Position numbers and translations under genes: made by a program
Shown: one piece after another, positions 1 through 13,620 of the stretch
How positions within the stretch are numbered: the first letter of the stretch is position 1
Layout: every line of letters starts with the position of its first letter
The notes under the pieces: generated by a model
What the model saw: the letters and a program-made list of their open reading frames with translations, nothing else
What the model was told of the DNA's origin: nothing
The model's database searches: none
Assembly (NCBI GenBank): GCA_030141605.1
Contig: JAQGDQ010000146.1
Coordinates: 437,686-501,685 of the forward strand
DNA length: 64,000 nucleotides
Source: Tubiluchus corallicola
Taxonomy: Eukaryota > Animalia > Priapulida
Direction of reading: 5' to 3'

Positions 1-798
1 AGTTGCTCTTTGTCCTGGCACATCACTGTTCATCACGTTCATCATGAACATCACTGTTCATCATGTTTAACACCTGCAGCGTGAATACTAAGGTATTAAA
101 TAGATGCGTTTACGAACTTATGATGAGATTTGTCATTCGGCAGTCAGTGTCTCCAAATGAGCTTTACAATCAATTCAATTTTATTTGCACAAATACATAC
201 AATGTACATTGGCAGAGCAATATAACATACATGTCAAATACTACATAAACCAAAAAAATTCATAATAGGAATTAAGCAAAGTTATTTTTATAGACAAATA
301 TTAAGACATAATAATATACTGATTCAAAAATTACAGCTAAATATTGTATAATTCAGCAATGAAAAAAGAAAAATGACTCAAGTATAATATGCGTTCCAGC
401 TTTTTAAACTACAGAAGTTGTGCAAAACATGCAAAAAATGAAGTTTATCGAAAATTCAATTCAAGTAATAAAATGTTGAGGAATGACCATAATTAAATTA
501 CGTTACCAAATACACCATAAAAAGCATAGTAGATGCTCATTTTATAATGGCACATGGTGGCATCCCGTTTCAGTGTCCCAACTCCAAAGCTCTTGGTACT
601 TGAGCCCACTGGTTCATAAGCTCCATTGTAATGACGGAGTTAAGGCTGATTCACAATGAATTAGATTCATAATTAACTAGCTACATATATGAACACAGTT
701 CCTAGCAATAACACAATATTAGTACTAACATTGCTTTGATGCCCCTAATTGCTGTTAATCTTTTTGCATAATTTTGTTGCTTTAAATAATTCTAACAG

Positions 799-969
799 GA
801 TCAAAAAGAGGTCTTCGTCACGTGGTGGTGAATGTGAGGCAACTGGTGGGAGTAAATCTAGAGTCTGGGAAGAACATGAGCTTGAGAATCCAGACAGTAA
901 GAGATACACCTGCTCTTTCTGAACCAAATGAGGAGGATACCTCCAACAAGACACTGGTACTGTTCCTAG
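799..969 (+). CDS. Carbohydrate sulfotransferase, stem-region exon (internal, phase 1-1); TM/start exon not found in window
   Basis: Acceptor ttctaacAG at 797-798 and donor ctag|GTAAGT at 970. The 171-nt open frame ends ...SNKTLVLFL-G and joins in frame to the exon at 3098, giving KTLVLFLGYKRGGTTFVG, the beta-strand leading into the 5'-PSB loop. Confidence 0.85.
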
Positions 970-3097
970 GTAAGTCGTAAGTTTGCTACTGATCGTTTTC
1001 ACTACAAGTTGTTCGTGTGAAAAATTTGTAGTACACGTAAGATTGTTCGTTTCCGTATTTTCCTAAAATCGTATTTCTCTGTAGTGAAGTTTAGAGCATT
1101 GGATTGTTATCATGTTGTAGCACTTGGATTTAAAAGAAGTCTGGACGATTGTTTAGACTCAATCTCATTTTAATTTACTGTCCAAAATATACATTTTCTT
1201 GCCTATAAAAGTTAACAATTGTTTCTTATATTTGAATAATTAGCTTAGAAAGTTAATTAACGGCAACCGAACACAGCTATTGCTTACGTCAGAAACTAAC
1301 CACAGTTTGTGCAATGGCAGGCATCTTCCCTTGCACGTCAAGCACGTTTGCGTAAGTGTTACTGTTTAAATGCATGATGTCACAAAAATGGGCTCTACAT
1401 CATAAGACGTCAGAAACTAACACTGCAGTTCATGATCATGGTTATCACGGTACCGCCTTCTATTTGTCAGCCACGCGAATGTGACAAAAAGGCGCCGCTG
1501 CCAATCTTAGTAGATTCACTGAGCCACGCGTAGCTTTGAAAGTTTAACGAAATTTGAGTATCCGAGATAATTATTATTTAATCTAAGCTTTGATTTTAAA
1601 AAAAGCTGTTGTAGCTTTCAATATTTTAGAGCATTCTTTATTCTGAACTCAGGTTTACACAATCGTCTGGTTTTCCTTTAACTTAATATTATGCTGTGTT
1701 TTGTGGGGTGTTGACAAGTTATGTAATGATGATGTTGATGATTATGATTACAAAAACGATGATCATGATTGCGGTAGTTATAATTATAGTGATAATGATG
1801 ACTGCACTAATGAGAATGCTGGTTATGATTATGTCAACGATGACGATAACGACGATGACAGAAATAACACCAGTAATGTTTAGAATCCCATTCTATCTTA
1901 ATGTCGAAGATGAATCACGAATATGCTTGAAATTTTTTAGCAGAGCTTGGGAGTATAAACAACATCCCTCTAGTTTTCCCTGCATTTTCATATCAATTTA
2001 CTGGCCAAATCTAGTGTTGCTTAACTTATTACCCAAGCATGCATTGTGACCACTCAGTTGTTCTATGTTTTGTATTTATAGACTAGAGGCATCATATTAG
2101 TTATGTATACTTGTAGGCATACGTAAATAATACTACAGATAATACGGCACATTAACATCCATTTTTTATTGGTGTGATATTTCTGATTTCCAAACGTTTG
2201 TGTGGGGAGCAACATGATACAACGGTTTGTGTCTGTTGATTGTATGTTTTATAGTGACTCTAGTGTGTTAACTGTACTGTTGTTGATCATGTTTATGGGG
2301 AGCCAGGTAGCTAATTTAATATCATTACTGTCATAAATAAGACACTTAATTAATCCAACACAGAATGATAGCATAATCCTGCTCATAGGTGCCAGACTGG
2401 GTTACATTTAGTGCGTTTGTGTGTCGGTAACTGCATTATAGTGTTTTGGGAAACTTGCAAAAATGGACTTTGTTAAGACAGTTGTGTTAAAATGTATTAT
2501 AATGTTTCATTTGTCGGAAAAACATTGGCCATCACGAAAACAGAGACAGAGAGAGAGAGAGTGAGAGAAAGAGAGAGAGAGAGGGGGGAGGGACAGAAGG
2601 AGAGAGAGACAGAGAGAGAAAGAGAGAGAGCATTATATTTTATTTCTTCATAAATAATTAAAACTACAAGTTTACATACAACGCAAGAGCATTCAACCTC
2701 AGCAAAATTACATAAGTGAAAAAACCGCCCTGGCTGAAGAATGATTGTAATAAACTTCCCAAAGCAAAAGTAACAAGTGCAACATTCAAGCAACATCAAT
2801 CTGTCTGTCATTAATGTTTAAATTGTTTCTATGCTTCAGTTCCTGGGTAAACACAAGTTGTCGGATGGTCTTTCCAGACTTTTGTCGGTGGACAAAATCG
2901 GACAGAAATCGAATCATGTAAACGTTGTATCCGAGATAATCCGACATCCCCAAACAGCATCTGATTTCAGGCTACCAGAAATCAATTACCGATCTAATGT
3001 TTTAAATATTGAAAATTGCCACATTGATTTAATTTGTCAATCTACCACAATAATTAATAATTACGATTGTTAAAGATTATTTCAATTTATTCTGCAG

Positions 3098-4083
3098 GCT
3101 ACAAGAGAGGCGGCACGACTTTCGTCGGCGATGCTTTTAACCATCATCCGGAAGTATTCTACGTTTTTGAGCCAGGATGGTTTTCTCAGGCACAGGTTAT
3201 GGGAGGCGACTATAACCAGTACAGACGAACAGATTCATTGGTTGTTCATTTACGAAATTTGGTGAAAAAGATGTGTTCGTGTAATTATACTGACCATGAA
3301 ATGGACATGTTTGTGAAATTTCAGCAAGGTCGGTTGCTACGGTCGCGTAGCATGGCCATCTCAAAGACGCTGGGTTGTGAGCACGAAGATATGGCCGTGC
3401 GGACGGCGGTCTGTGATTCTCTTCCCATCGTGCCGGGCCACCGAAACTGGATGCAGTGTTGTCATGACTACAGAATTCATGTGTTAAAAATCTTACGTGT
3501 TCATGTACTGGACGTCATACCATTGCTAGACGGTATTCCCGGATACGATGTTAAAATTGTGTTTATGGTTCGAGATCCCAGGGGAATTATAAATTCCCGG
3601 ATTGCAGAAGGTTGGAGATCTCTAACGAATGACTACGATCGGGAGGTATTCCCTAAACGATTGTGCTATGACATGCTGGAAAACTATGACAGTGCCATAA
3701 GTTTAAAACTGCCTAAAGACAAGTTAAAAATAGTCAAATACGAGGACATAGCTGCCGATCCAGTAGCGGAAATACGGGAAATCTTCAAATTTGCCGGTAT
3801 TTCATATCATAAAGACGTCGATCGTTTTCTACGCAAGAACGCATTGGGAGAGTTACTTGACCCGGGCGGGCATCGTCCTAGGATGGTTTATTCTGTGGAT
3901 ACATACAGGAACAGTTCCCACGCGACGGCTGTAGCGTGGAGGTCAAAACTACCTAAAGATTTTATTGGAAAAATAGAGGAGCAATGTGGAGAATTTTTAC
4001 ACCGTCTTGGATACAAATTTCTAGTCAATAACAATTACATGAAATTGACGAATAATGTGGAGATTGAACCCGGTTTGATGTGA
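3098..4083 (+). CDS. Carbohydrate sulfotransferase (CHST1/3/4/5-like, Gal/GlcNAc-6-O family), catalytic terminal exon
   Basis: 5'-PSB region YKRGGTTFVGDAFNHHPEVFYVFEP (family pattern RSGSSFVG..F..HP.VFY..EP); 3'-PB motif MVRDPRGIINSR; VKYEDIA..P; C-terminal C..FL..LGY. Acceptor tctgcAG at 3096-3097. Confidence 0.92.
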
Positions 4084-4100
4084 AACAATCAAACTACATA

Positions 4101-4534
4101 CAGTCAACCTCGGATGTAAGGGGGGACACCTCCAGACCAGAAAAATATCCGATGTCCATTATAGCCGAAGTTGAGTCAGACCGAGGGTGTATCTAGACCT
4201 GTACTTTTACCCATATTTTTATGGATTATTGCTACACATTCAGTGCAAACGGTATGTAGGAAGCTCCTTCAGTGATGTGAGATGTATGTGACCACGGAAA
4301 CCGAACTGTTCGAAGGCCGAGCTTGCGAAAAATCGAGGTTAAAAATCAATCAATTTCGCTTTGATCATAGGATCCCTTATATGCCAAGGTAATTTACCTG
4401 GGTTTCTGTTATGCAAGACCTGAAGATATCGTCCCTTATAACCGAAAGTCCCTTATATCCAAGTACCTTATATACGAAGATTTTTACATAGGAAAAAAAA
4501 CATTAAGAAAAAACATTATACCCGAGGTTGACTG
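4101..4534. mobile_element. Tigger/pogo-like MITE in the sulfotransferase 3' region
   Basis: TIR CAGTCAACCTCGG ... CCGAGGTTGACTG flanked by TA on both sides; internal CCTTATA subterminal repeats. Confidence 0.85.
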
Positions 4535-5197
4535 TAGATGCGTGTTAGTAAAAAGTGGAAGCTAGTAACAGTTACGGTTACGTAAAGTTAACACTAGTGA
4601 TGGGCGATTTTGAAAATTTCTAATTTGATTATAATCCTGTTCTTGTAATTCGATATCACGATTAATATTTTGCAGTAATTTTTTAGTGTTTAAGCCATAT
4701 TTTTCAAACATTGCACTACTGAAATGTAGCTTATAAACTTCGTCACTGTCTGCCATTTTTGTACTCGCAAACTGTTTTTATAGACATTTATTAACTTCTC
4801 TAATACCATGTCAACTACACGCGTCACGGGAAAATGAATAAGAAACCTCAGTTTGAAGTACAATGGCTTGCAATTGTGTGCATTGTGTAAGGTAAGAAAA
4901 ATGAAGAAAAGTGTGTAACAGGTGTATTTTGCTCACGATTAACTGAATTACTGTTCAATAGCCTATTATATCAATTTATACTTGGTTGGAATCTTGATTA
5001 ATTCAATTAATCTATTAAATGCCCGTCACTAGTACACACAGAGCAGTTGTTTTCAGTGCTGCAGTGACAAAAACTGAGCAATTGAAAGTGAGTTTTAATT
5101 ACTGTCTGTGAAAGAGATCAGTTTTTTTGGAAACAATGTGACAAGTCGTGCCTTAAGTTTATTATCAACGACTATATTTTTTTTATTATTTAGTTAT

Positions 5198-5361
5198 GTT
5201 TGTCTCACTGTAGTTCAATCCTTGGTCAGGCCAATCGGTCACTTTGCGTGTTAAAAGTTTGTCTCACTGTAGTTCAGATCTTGATCAGGCCAGTCAGTCA
5301 CTTTGCGTGTTAAAAGTTTGTCTCACTGTAGTTCAGATCTTGTTCAGGCCAGTCGGTCACT
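5198..5361. repeat. ~59-bp tandem repeat, ~2.7 copies
   Basis: gtttgtctcactgtagttca...cagtcggtcactttgcgtgttaaaa repeated. Confidence 0.85.
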
Positions 5362-6090
5362 AGCAGGTTGATTAGCTGGTCATTTTTGTACTTTCCGAGT
5401 CAAAAAGTATCCGTCCATTGTTGACTGTTTATTGGACTTAATATTCGAAACTTGTCTGGAGCAGCTAGGGTGCTGCCTCTTGTGGTGGCGGTTGAGTGGA
5501 CAATGGTTTTTAAAGTAGTTTTTATACAGACGGCATTTCGTCCTTTTTTTATGAGGGAAAATAAATAAGTGTAACAAACGTTTGTGATTTTTGGGTTATT
5601 TGGTTAAGAAGTAACTCTATAAAAGGGTCTGCTTCGTCATTCTTTGATGTTTTATATGGTCATTGTCTTTTTAAGTTCTTATCTGTTTTTAATATTGTGA
5701 CGTTACAGTAAAGTTAATCTGGTATTCTAAATTTAAAAAACAAACGATGCAAGGTAAATTGTGTTCTAAAAGATATATTCATGATAAAATGGATTCATGA
5801 CAGCAGTAAATGGTATAATGAATTACAATTGAACAGAAAAAAATTCAGTAAGCAAGTAACCCAAATGCTTTAGTTTGAAAGCTTTAAAGATATTTTTGCA
5901 AAAATAACAAAAACAAAAACAACCGAAACTTGGCAGGATTAAAAAGTTGCCATGTAAGTGTTACAATTATTGCACAATTTTGTATTATTATTATTTTCAC
6001 ATTTTAAGGAATTACAATTTGTTCTTTAAGCATTTTTTTGTTTTTATTGCTGACGGATGTAGCAATTACAATAATAAGATATTTGTTTAA

Positions 6091-6554
6091 AGTAAAATCG
6101 GGCCCAATCTTAAACTGCAGGTCAAAACAATCTACTTTTTAAAATATTGTTGTACAAAAAACAGGTGCTATACCTCTCAGTTCAGATGTGTTAGTTTGTG
6201 ACAAACTACACACGTTTGACAGCTCGTGTGTAAGCATAGCGGTAAATTTGAAATTTCAATTTTTATCTTAAAACTTGCCTAGTTTTAGTACAACAAACTC
6301 AATATCTTACAGTAGCACTGAACTTCAATTTTCGCTTTCACAAGCACGTGCAGCACGCTGGTGGAATATTTTTGATGTTGAAAATTATGTTAGTTTGTGA
6401 TGTCATCAATAGTTGGGCTCGCCCGCCATCAATGAAGTTCTTAATCTATTATTTAATTATCAGAAACGCTTTTGCAGTATTAATTGTGTTAAAGTGTCAA
6501 CTTTTTACTGTACTTGACAATGGGGTAGTATATGAAAACTCATCCTGTCTTCCT
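6091..6554 (+). mobile_element. Kolobok-like MITE family B (internally deleted copy)
   Basis: TTAA|AG...CT|TTAA ends; body shared with copies at 32164, 37984, 48820 and 61540. Confidence 0.75.
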
Positions 6555-6896
6555 TTAATTAAAACAAAGTTTGGACTGGTGTAAGAAAATGATACTTTGA
6601 ATTTAAAGTTTGGTTCATACAACCTTCTTCATAGAAGATTTTTTCTTTGTACTTTTACATGCAGAGACAAGCAGGTTCACAATAGCTAATTTTTATACAT
6701 AGTTCAGCACTCAATTATAGTTTATCATTAAGTTGCTTGTTGTGGCAGGACAAGAACATAGTGATTTATAAAGGATAATCATCCAAGATCAAGGTATAGT
6801 GAACTGACAGACATGTCTTAGTCATGCTCAGATTTATATTGCACTTTCTAAACACACAGAGATATTTAAGACAGATGAAACTGTCCAAAGCAATTT

Positions 6897-6947
6897 TGCA
6901 GGCGTCACATATCCATTTACTAACCGGACTCAGTGTTGCTTAGCTTC
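6897..6947 (-). pseudogene. Degenerate 5S rRNA-derived fragment (5S pseudogene or SINE3 head)
   Basis: Minus strand GAAGCTAAGCA.....GGTTAGTA..TGGAT...GACGCCTG resembles the 5S internal control region (box A to box C); the 5' half is not recognisable. Confidence 0.5.
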
Positions 6948-7194
6948 TTTGGATGACCAGTAAACGCACAGAGTACTTAACTGGCAACCAACACAACATG
7001 GTTAAATTAGTGCACTAGTCTTCATGACTGTCCTCTCTTCCTGTTTATATAGCTTGCCCTACATTCATCATTGCCAATTACCGCATGAAATTGCACCTTG
7101 TATAAACTTCCTATTAATGATACTAGTTGACTTTCATTATTATTCATACACATCTCATTTTCAGTAATACTCGGTACAGCACTTTTGCACTAAT

Positions 7195-7567
7195 CACGGT
7201 TCCCACAGAATTTTAAAAGAAATTTCCCTGACCAAATATTGATTTTCAAAGATTGACCAAGATAAGCAGAAATTAAATTATCAGTATACATATTCAAACA
7301 TTTTTGTGTATGGACATTCATACATATACTGATATATGTGTCTGTCAATCATTATTTTTGGAACAGAAATCGAAACTGGGATCCTCCCATAGCAAAATTT
7401 TATTTGAACATGAATTCCTGAAAAATATCGGTTTACAATGATTATTTTTGCAACCCTTTCCAATTTCCCTGACTTTTTGCCCCATTTTCATCATTTCCTC
7501 TAACTTTTCCATGGCTTTCCAGGATAGCCTGTATTCTCAAGGATTTTTCCTGACCGTGGGAACACCG
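7195..7567 (+). mobile_element. MITE family D, copy 1 (degenerate CAGGGTTCCCAC-type TIR)
   Basis: CACGGTTCCCAC...GTGGGAACACCG with internal TTCCCTGAC repeats; homologous to 7876-8316. Confidence 0.7.
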
Positions 7568-7875
7568 AATTTAGTCTTATGAAGAATTGTAACTGATAGT
7601 TTCACTATTTTTACTTGTTTCTGTTCAAAAAAAAATTTCAATATGGACCTGATCACTGTGAAATGCACATAACAAATATCTATTTTTTTTCATTGTATTA
7701 CATTAAATATTTAAAGATCCAGCTTACATTATGAATATCTACAATCCTAGATATTCATAATATTCATCAGCTACAAGTGTTATTGAATCAACAACGTCCA
7801 TTGTGTACAATTATTGATAGACACGGTAAGAGTAACTAGGAATACTCGTGTATTCTGTTTTGTTTCAACTACCTA

Positions 7876-8316
7876 CAGGTTTCCCACTGAAATTTAAAAT
7901 AATTTTCCTTGACTTTCCCTGATCAAATATTGATTTTCCATGAGCAAGATAAGCAGAAATTGCATGACCATTATACATATTCAAACACTTTTGTGTACGG
8001 ACATTCAAACACATACCGATATATGTGTCGGCACAACTGCAGTAGTGTTAACAAAATTACACTAATCACATTAAATAAGCTTTCTTTTAATAAACGAATC
8101 ACTGAAAAATATGTTTGGAAAAATATCGAGTTACAGTGATAATTTTTGCAACCCTTTTCAATTTCCCTGACTTTTCGCCCCATTTTCATCAATTTCCCTG
8201 ACTTTTTGTCCTGTTTTCATCATTTTCCCTGACTATTTATCAAATCATCATTTTCCCTGACTTTTCCAGGATAGCCTGTATTTTCAAGGACTTTCCGTGA
8301 CCGTGGGGAAACCCTG
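7876..8316 (+). mobile_element. MITE family D, copy 2
   Basis: ta|CAGGTTTCCCAC...GTGGGGAAACCCTG|ta; multiple TTTCCCTGAC subterminal repeats. Confidence 0.75.
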
Positions 8317-8867
8317 TATCTACTATTAAGATGTTTAGTTTTCTACAATTTATGGCATCCCATATTAACTTATTACAGTAACTAGTTACTCAAAATTTTA
8401 GGAGTTCAAAGCAGTGGAAAAATGCCAGTGTGAACCATGCATGTGTGAACTCACAATACAATTATACTGTATGTTTTTATCTGCAAGATTTAAATTCTCG
8501 GCTTACAATGCTGCGCTCTTTCCGAAAAGACAAATTGGTAATGAATATTTGATAAAATTATCTTTGATGATAGCAACCAAGGTAAGTGGCATTGCGTTAC
8601 CACCATTCAAGAACCGTCTAGAGAATGGATTAAATTAAATTTTAACAACATGATAAATTGCCACAAGCTAATATGTTGTGTACACGAATGCATCAATTTG
8701 TTAACACCTAAACACTGTTGCAAGATACTGTATATGTGGCATACTTTGAATTTGTTCACAAAGTGTATAAATTGTCACATAGTTCGCCAGGAAATGTACA
8801 GTTTGAGCTGGTGGCTATGAAAAACCACTATGTTACTTTAAAATTCTGAAAAATGAAAATTATCAGA

Positions 8868-9120
8868 TAAATGGAACTTATTAAAAGAAAGTTTATCTAT
8901 GTACCCTATAAGCCTTGTCTCAATGTACAAAGCAGTTCAATTCCTTTAATTCTATTTTCAAACACTTAGCTATTTGTTATTGTATCAATTTCTTTTCTAC
9001 TGGTCTGCTTAATCATTCATTACCTATCTGGCTTTTGTAAATACATAATTAGTGCTTAAGTTACTGTATCAATTTCTTGACTGGTCTGCTTTATAAATAA
9101 ATGAATGGTTTTTGTAAATA
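8868..9120 (+). mobile_element. Penelope-like retroelement 3' remnant
   Basis: Encodes degenerate LL.KESLS...KP.LNVQSSSIPLILF (typical PLE ORF tail); homologous to 31190-31580 and, inverted, to 29045-29420. Confidence 0.65.
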
Positions 9121-9169
9121 AATGAAAATTAGTTTAAAATAATTAAAAGCTGACAGCACTATTCTAATA

Positions 9170-9482
9170 TAGTCGAATCTCGGTAATACGATTTTCACGG
9201 GACCCAGATAGTCTTAAGCATGTTGCGTACTGTGCATTACTTACATTTCTAATTAACTCCTAATAAATCTTGTGTTAACCATAAGTGATCACATTGGTCT
9301 TATTATAAGCGTGGCAAGGACATACTAAAATCATCATATAAAATGGGGATTCGTAATAATGAGTTTTGTATTAAGCATAAGTGATTACATAGGTTTTATT
9401 ATAAGCCAGGCAGGGACATAATAAAATCATCGTACTACTGAGAGTCGTTATAAGCCAAATCGTATTACTGGGAATCCCATGT
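9170..9482. mobile_element. Degenerate Tigger-like MITE
   Basis: Imperfect TIRs (AGTCGAATCTCGGTAATACG / CGTATTACTGGGAAT) and an internal ~55-bp duplication. Confidence 0.45.
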
Positions 9483-9785
9483 AAATGTCAACTCCAAAAC
9501 TGCCTGCTGACTTTTACCAAGTCCTTCCAGATTACCTGCACATAGGTTACAGTTGCTGTAAAGTGTTTACTACTGTGTATTGATTTTTTGCTATTGACAT
9601 ACCAGTTAACTTTGCCCAATCTTGCTCAATCATATGTGCAGGCCACTGGGTAAAGTTAGTTGGAAATTAAATACCAAAAACAAAAATTCGATACAATTTG
9701 CGATGGTAGACTTTAAAATGGCCGTGCTTAAATTGCTAACTTCACGATGCAAATGTAACAAATACAATCCGCTAACCGACCAAGA

Positions 9786-11957
9786 CTAAATAAAAGTGAT
9801 TCTAGTTTTGGCAGTGTTCATATGTAGGACATTCAGACTCTCATATTCTTCAATAGTCTCAAAGATCTGATCTGGTTTAAATCCTCTGGAGGTGCAACGT
9901 TCCATGACGTCCGTCATCTTTAATGACTGCGAACCCGAATCTGGAAGCATGTCGCGAATCAGACTATACACCTGATCAGTTACGGTGAGAGCTCTACCTT
10001 GCTGCTCCGGCTGACCATTCAACGAGTCTTTGGACATCTCCATCAACCGCATGGCTTCGTTAACGTCTTCCTTTTCAACAACGTTCACCAAGCGCAAACG
10101 AGCCAGAGCAGTGGAAAGACGGAGTATACCCAGCAAGGTTCGAGCGGAGGTAAACGTCATGTCCTTATTGTTTCGCGCCTCTTTTCTCATCTCAACGTAG
10201 GCGCCTGTGATATAGTCGGAAAGATTCTGCGGAATCGCCGGCTGTTTTTTCTGGCAGAGTGCGATGTAGCGACGCATCAGTTTCATGTCCAGCGGTTGGA
10301 ATTGCGCCGGCGGTTGAACGCAGTGCTGGTGAACGTACGTGATGTGGTGCGCAAGTCGTAGGTCGTTGTCTCTGTCAGGCTTGTCCTGAATAAGCCACAG
10401 CAGGTCGAACCTTGACAGCAATGCGGCGGGAAGCTGAATGTTATGCTCAACGGATTTCTTGGGGTTGTACCTTCCATAGGCGGGGTTAGCCGCAGCGAGG
10501 ATGGAAACGCGGGCGTTCAACGTCGTCATGATGCCCGCCTTAGCTATAGAGATGGTCTGCTGTTCCATGACTTCGTGAATTGCAGTTCTGTCAGTGTCCA
10601 TCATCTTGTCAAACTCGTCAATGCAGCAAACGCCCTGATCAGCAAGTACGAGAGCGCCACCTTCAAGAACCATTTCTCCAGTCACAGGATCCTTCATAAC
10701 AGCTGCAGTTAAACCGACGCCAGACGAACCACGTCCTGTTGTATACTGGCTTCTTGGAGCTAGTCTATCTATGTAAGACAGCAATTGACTTTTGGCTACA
10801 CCAGGGTCACCCATCAGACAAATGTTTATGGACCCGCGAATTTTCATTCCTCTTGGTGATCGATCAACTCCGCCGACAAGAAGCAGCAGTAGGGCTTTCT
10901 TGATGTCCTCGTGGCCATAGATTTCTGGTGCAATGCTGCCAGCAAGTTTTTCATAGAAGTCGTCTTCTGCCACTTGTCTGATTTCTTCTTCGGTAAGTTC
11001 TTCCACTCCTAGCTCGTCGTCTTCCGTTTTGTTCATCTTTATGACCCGGTGCGCTTCTAAAAACGTCTCTGAAAGTAAACCTTGTACAAGTTGTCTGAAT
11101 CCGGCTTTCATCATGGGAAGGAAGACACCCGTCACACTGACATGGTCGCCTGGTTCTGCAATACGTGTGCACTCGCCTTTAACGAAAACCGTCATGCTAC
11201 GTGGAATGCTTCCCATAGGAACCTGGTCACTATGCTCCTGAATTTTTAGCTCTTGAAACTTGATGAATTTACTTCCCCTGGTCTGCAAGTACAGTCTGCC
11301 ACCAGATTTGTTGACCTGACAGTCTTCGCTCTGGCACATGAGCAAGGGCATGAATGATGGAGACGCTATTGGCTGATAAGTCTCCGAACCACACTGGTCG
11401 CAAGTGTACGTGGCCACTTGCATCATTGGCTTGACTTCTGTGCACCGCGTTACAATACCCTTCACGCAGACAAGTTTACCGATGCTGTCGGCTTTTATCT
11501 GACGAATGGCTAAGGGTTTTTGCAAGCTAGGCGTCTTAAAATACAATTCAAATCTCCGAATGAGTTCAGCAGGAAATTTATTTCGCGGATCACGGTTCTC
11601 GGCATCTTGGTGATGTCGCTGTTCCATCATCAGCCGATGTTCTATATACACATCTAAAGAATCTTTAGCAGCTATGTCTCTTTCTTTAAACTGTGGCAAA
11701 AGTTCGTGGACGGCATCGCTAAAAAGGTTAACATAACGACGCGTGTTCCGCACTACCGATTCAGCGAGCTCTGAGTCGGTTTCTGTAACATCGTCAAGGT
11801 CGACGGTTAGTGCAACCTGTTCACGATGTGCAATTTTCATTAACTGAGAAGCGTACTTGAAATTTTTTCCACCTTCACCAGCATCTGACTCTGAATAGAA
11901 ATCGGTCAAGAAAGATTTGATCGTTTCTTTTTCTGAAGCGTAGTCCTTAGCAGGCAT
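9786..11957 (-). CDS. MCM7: DNA replication licensing factor MCM7, full length (723 aa), single coding exon
   Basis: Walker [12 protein letters not shown], Walker [10 protein letters not shown], Arg finger LLSRFDL, Zn finger CDQC...CQSEDC, and MCM7-typical N- and C-termini. Uninterrupted ORF with Kozak context gccatcATG. Confidence 0.98.
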   Translation of the reverse strand: MPAKDYASEKETIKSFLTDFYSESDAGEGGKNFKYASQLMKIAHREQVALTVDLDDVTETDSELAESVVRNTRRYVNLFSDAVHELLPQFKERDIAAKDSLDVYIEHRLMMEQRHHQDAENRDPRNKFPAELIRRFELYFKTPSLQKPLAIRQIKADSIGKLVCVKGIVTRCTEVKPMMQVATYTCDQCGSETYQPIASPSFMPLLMCQSEDCQVNKSGGRLYLQTRGSKFIKFQELKIQEHSDQVPMGSIPRSMTVFVKGECTRIAEPGDHVSVTGVFLPMMKAGFRQLVQGLLSETFLEAHRVIKMNKTEDDELGVEELTEEEIRQVAEDDFYEKLAGSIAPEIYGHEDIKKALLLLLVGGVDRSPRGMKIRGSINICLMGDPGVAKSQLLSYIDRLAPRSQYTTGRGSSGVGLTAAVMKDPVTGEMVLEGGALVLADQGVCCIDEFDKMMDTDRTAIHEVMEQQTISIAKAGIMTTLNARVSILAAANPAYGRYNPKKSVEHNIQLPAALLSRFDLLWLIQDKPDRDNDLRLAHHITYVHQHCVQPPAQFQPLDMKLMRRYIALCQKKQPAIPQNLSDYITGAYVEMRKEARNNKDMTFTSARTLLGILRLSTALARLRLVNVVEKEDVNEAMRLMEMSKDSLNGQPEQQGRALTVTDQVYSLIRDMLPDSGSQSLKMTDVMERCTSRGFKPDQIFETIEEYESLNVLHMNTAKTRITFI

Positions 11958-12228
11958 GATGGCAGATCTCTTCTCTTCTGAGTGTTACCTAAGTAAAACC
12001 AAATTCGTAACTCATTTTAAGACGAATACAATTTTCATAATGCAAATTTAACTTCTAAAAAATATAGGAAAAATATTAAAAGTTTTCTTGACAAATTTAC
12101 ATAATTCAGGCATAAAAAGACTTAGTAGTATAAAAATAACAGAGTGTAAGTACTAAGTCGCAAATGAGATACAGTTCTGCTTTTACTTAAAATCTACTAT
12201 TTTATACACCACTGAATAAGTCACTTAA

Positions 12229-12890
12229 AGGACAAGAAAAGAGGCACCTGAAGTAGGTTTCAGAAAAATATCCTTAAAAAAATTGTTATTTTACAGCATT
12301 TTTATCATACTCGCGTTGAAAGGAATTGTGGTTTGTTTTCATTTTAAATCTCCTACAATAGTGTTTCGACCGCGCCATTACATGACGTCACCTATGCAAA
12401 CGTAAATCAGAGGAAGAAAAGGCAATGTTAAACTATGTCCCAAAAAACCTTACGTGCAAATGTATATTACTTAGCATTTCGCTTACCTGCTTGAAAGCCT
12501 TATGTAACTAGAAAAGAAAATTATTAATTATTTAAAATGTTTTCACCAATTGGTAAAATGTCGCTGTAGGGTGCACCACTCACTAACTGAAAACGTATTT
12601 TTAAATTTTTTTGACAAGATACAGTAATTTAAAATTTTACTTAGTTAGTGACGTGTGCAGTACGAATGCTCTGATTATTTTTTCAAACTTTACTCAGTGT
12701 TATTTAAACGTTTTTCAAATGACTTATCGTCAAAATGGCTGCGTCTAACGGTCATTAAAGGAGTTTAAATTTACATGTTTTACACAACGTTACTGCCGAC
12801 ACAAGTCTAGTACGCAAAAACACAGTGCGTTAGTGGTATAAAATTTCAAGATGAATTTTTTTAATTGTAAGTGGAAGGCTTTCCTGTGCT
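12229..12890 (+). mobile_element. Kolobok-like MITE family A
   Basis: TTAA|AGGACAAGAAAA ... TTTCCTGTGCT|TCAA; ~600-660-bp body present about 8 times in the window. Confidence 0.8.
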
Positions 12891-13381
12891 TCAAGCCTTT
12901 TCACCAACTAACTGTGCAGTAATTACTTGAAATAATATTCCAATTTCTTTTCTTTCACCCCAATGCTTAATCACCTTAGTTAATGCACATCATTTTAGTC
13001 AAAGAAAACCTATTAGATTTTAATTATGGGGATTCAGATTTTTGCGGACACGGAAGGAAATTATTTGTGGACCAGGGATCATTTGTGTCCACAAGCAATC
13101 AGAGCAATCAAGAAAATTTTGTAGACAAATTCCAGGAACGTTGTACAGAAATCTGAATTTGTGGACGTAAGTTTCAAAGCTAAAAAAGTCGATATCATTG
13201 TGAAATATCTTGTTTAAGCATTGCTTTATTGAGCAGTCAGTCAAGTTCTACCAATTCGGGCATAAATAGATCATCAAAGTCGCTAGGGAGCTTCGGGATC
13301 ACTCCTCGTTCCTTGTCGATTCCATCACCGACAATATGAATGCGCAGCCTTTATCCTGTTGCAAGCGTCTCATGACGTGCA

Positions 13382-13620
13382 TTGTGATCAGCTTTGCAGG
13401 GCTGTTTCCAATGTTCTTGTAATGATAGAAACCCTCCAAACATCCACGAGGAGCAGCAAAGACATCGGAGTAGAAGTAACTTGGTATTTGTGGACACAAA
13501 ACGTTGTGATCAGCTTTGCAGGGCTGTTTCCAATGTTCTTGTAATGATAGAAACCCTCCAAACATCCACGAGGAGCAGCAAAGACATCGGAGTAGAAGTA
13601 ACTTGGTATTTGTGGACACA
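13382..13620. repeat. 122-bp-period tandem duplication inside a TGTGGAC/GTCCACA-rich transposon-like remnant (~13060-13740)
   Basis: Two essentially identical units starting at 13382 and 13504. Confidence 0.9.

Noticed and set aside
1-91. Possible TM exon of the sulfotransferase with donor aag|gtatt
   Set aside because: The frame needed to join the phase-1 exon at 799 has a stop codon immediately before the donor.
745-1002. 85-aa minus-strand ORF
   Set aside because: Antisense shadow of the + strand sulfotransferase exon 799-969.
3067-3097. ORF-track N-terminus MLKIISIYSA
   Set aside because: Intronic sequence upstream of the acceptor at 3096-3097.
4562-4900. 64-aa minus ORF with good Kozak context and a nearby + strand donor at 4891
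   Set aside because: No recognisable homology or partner exons; insufficient support.
9999-11241. ORFs overlapping MCM7
   Set aside because: Alternative-frame or antisense shadows of a real CDS.
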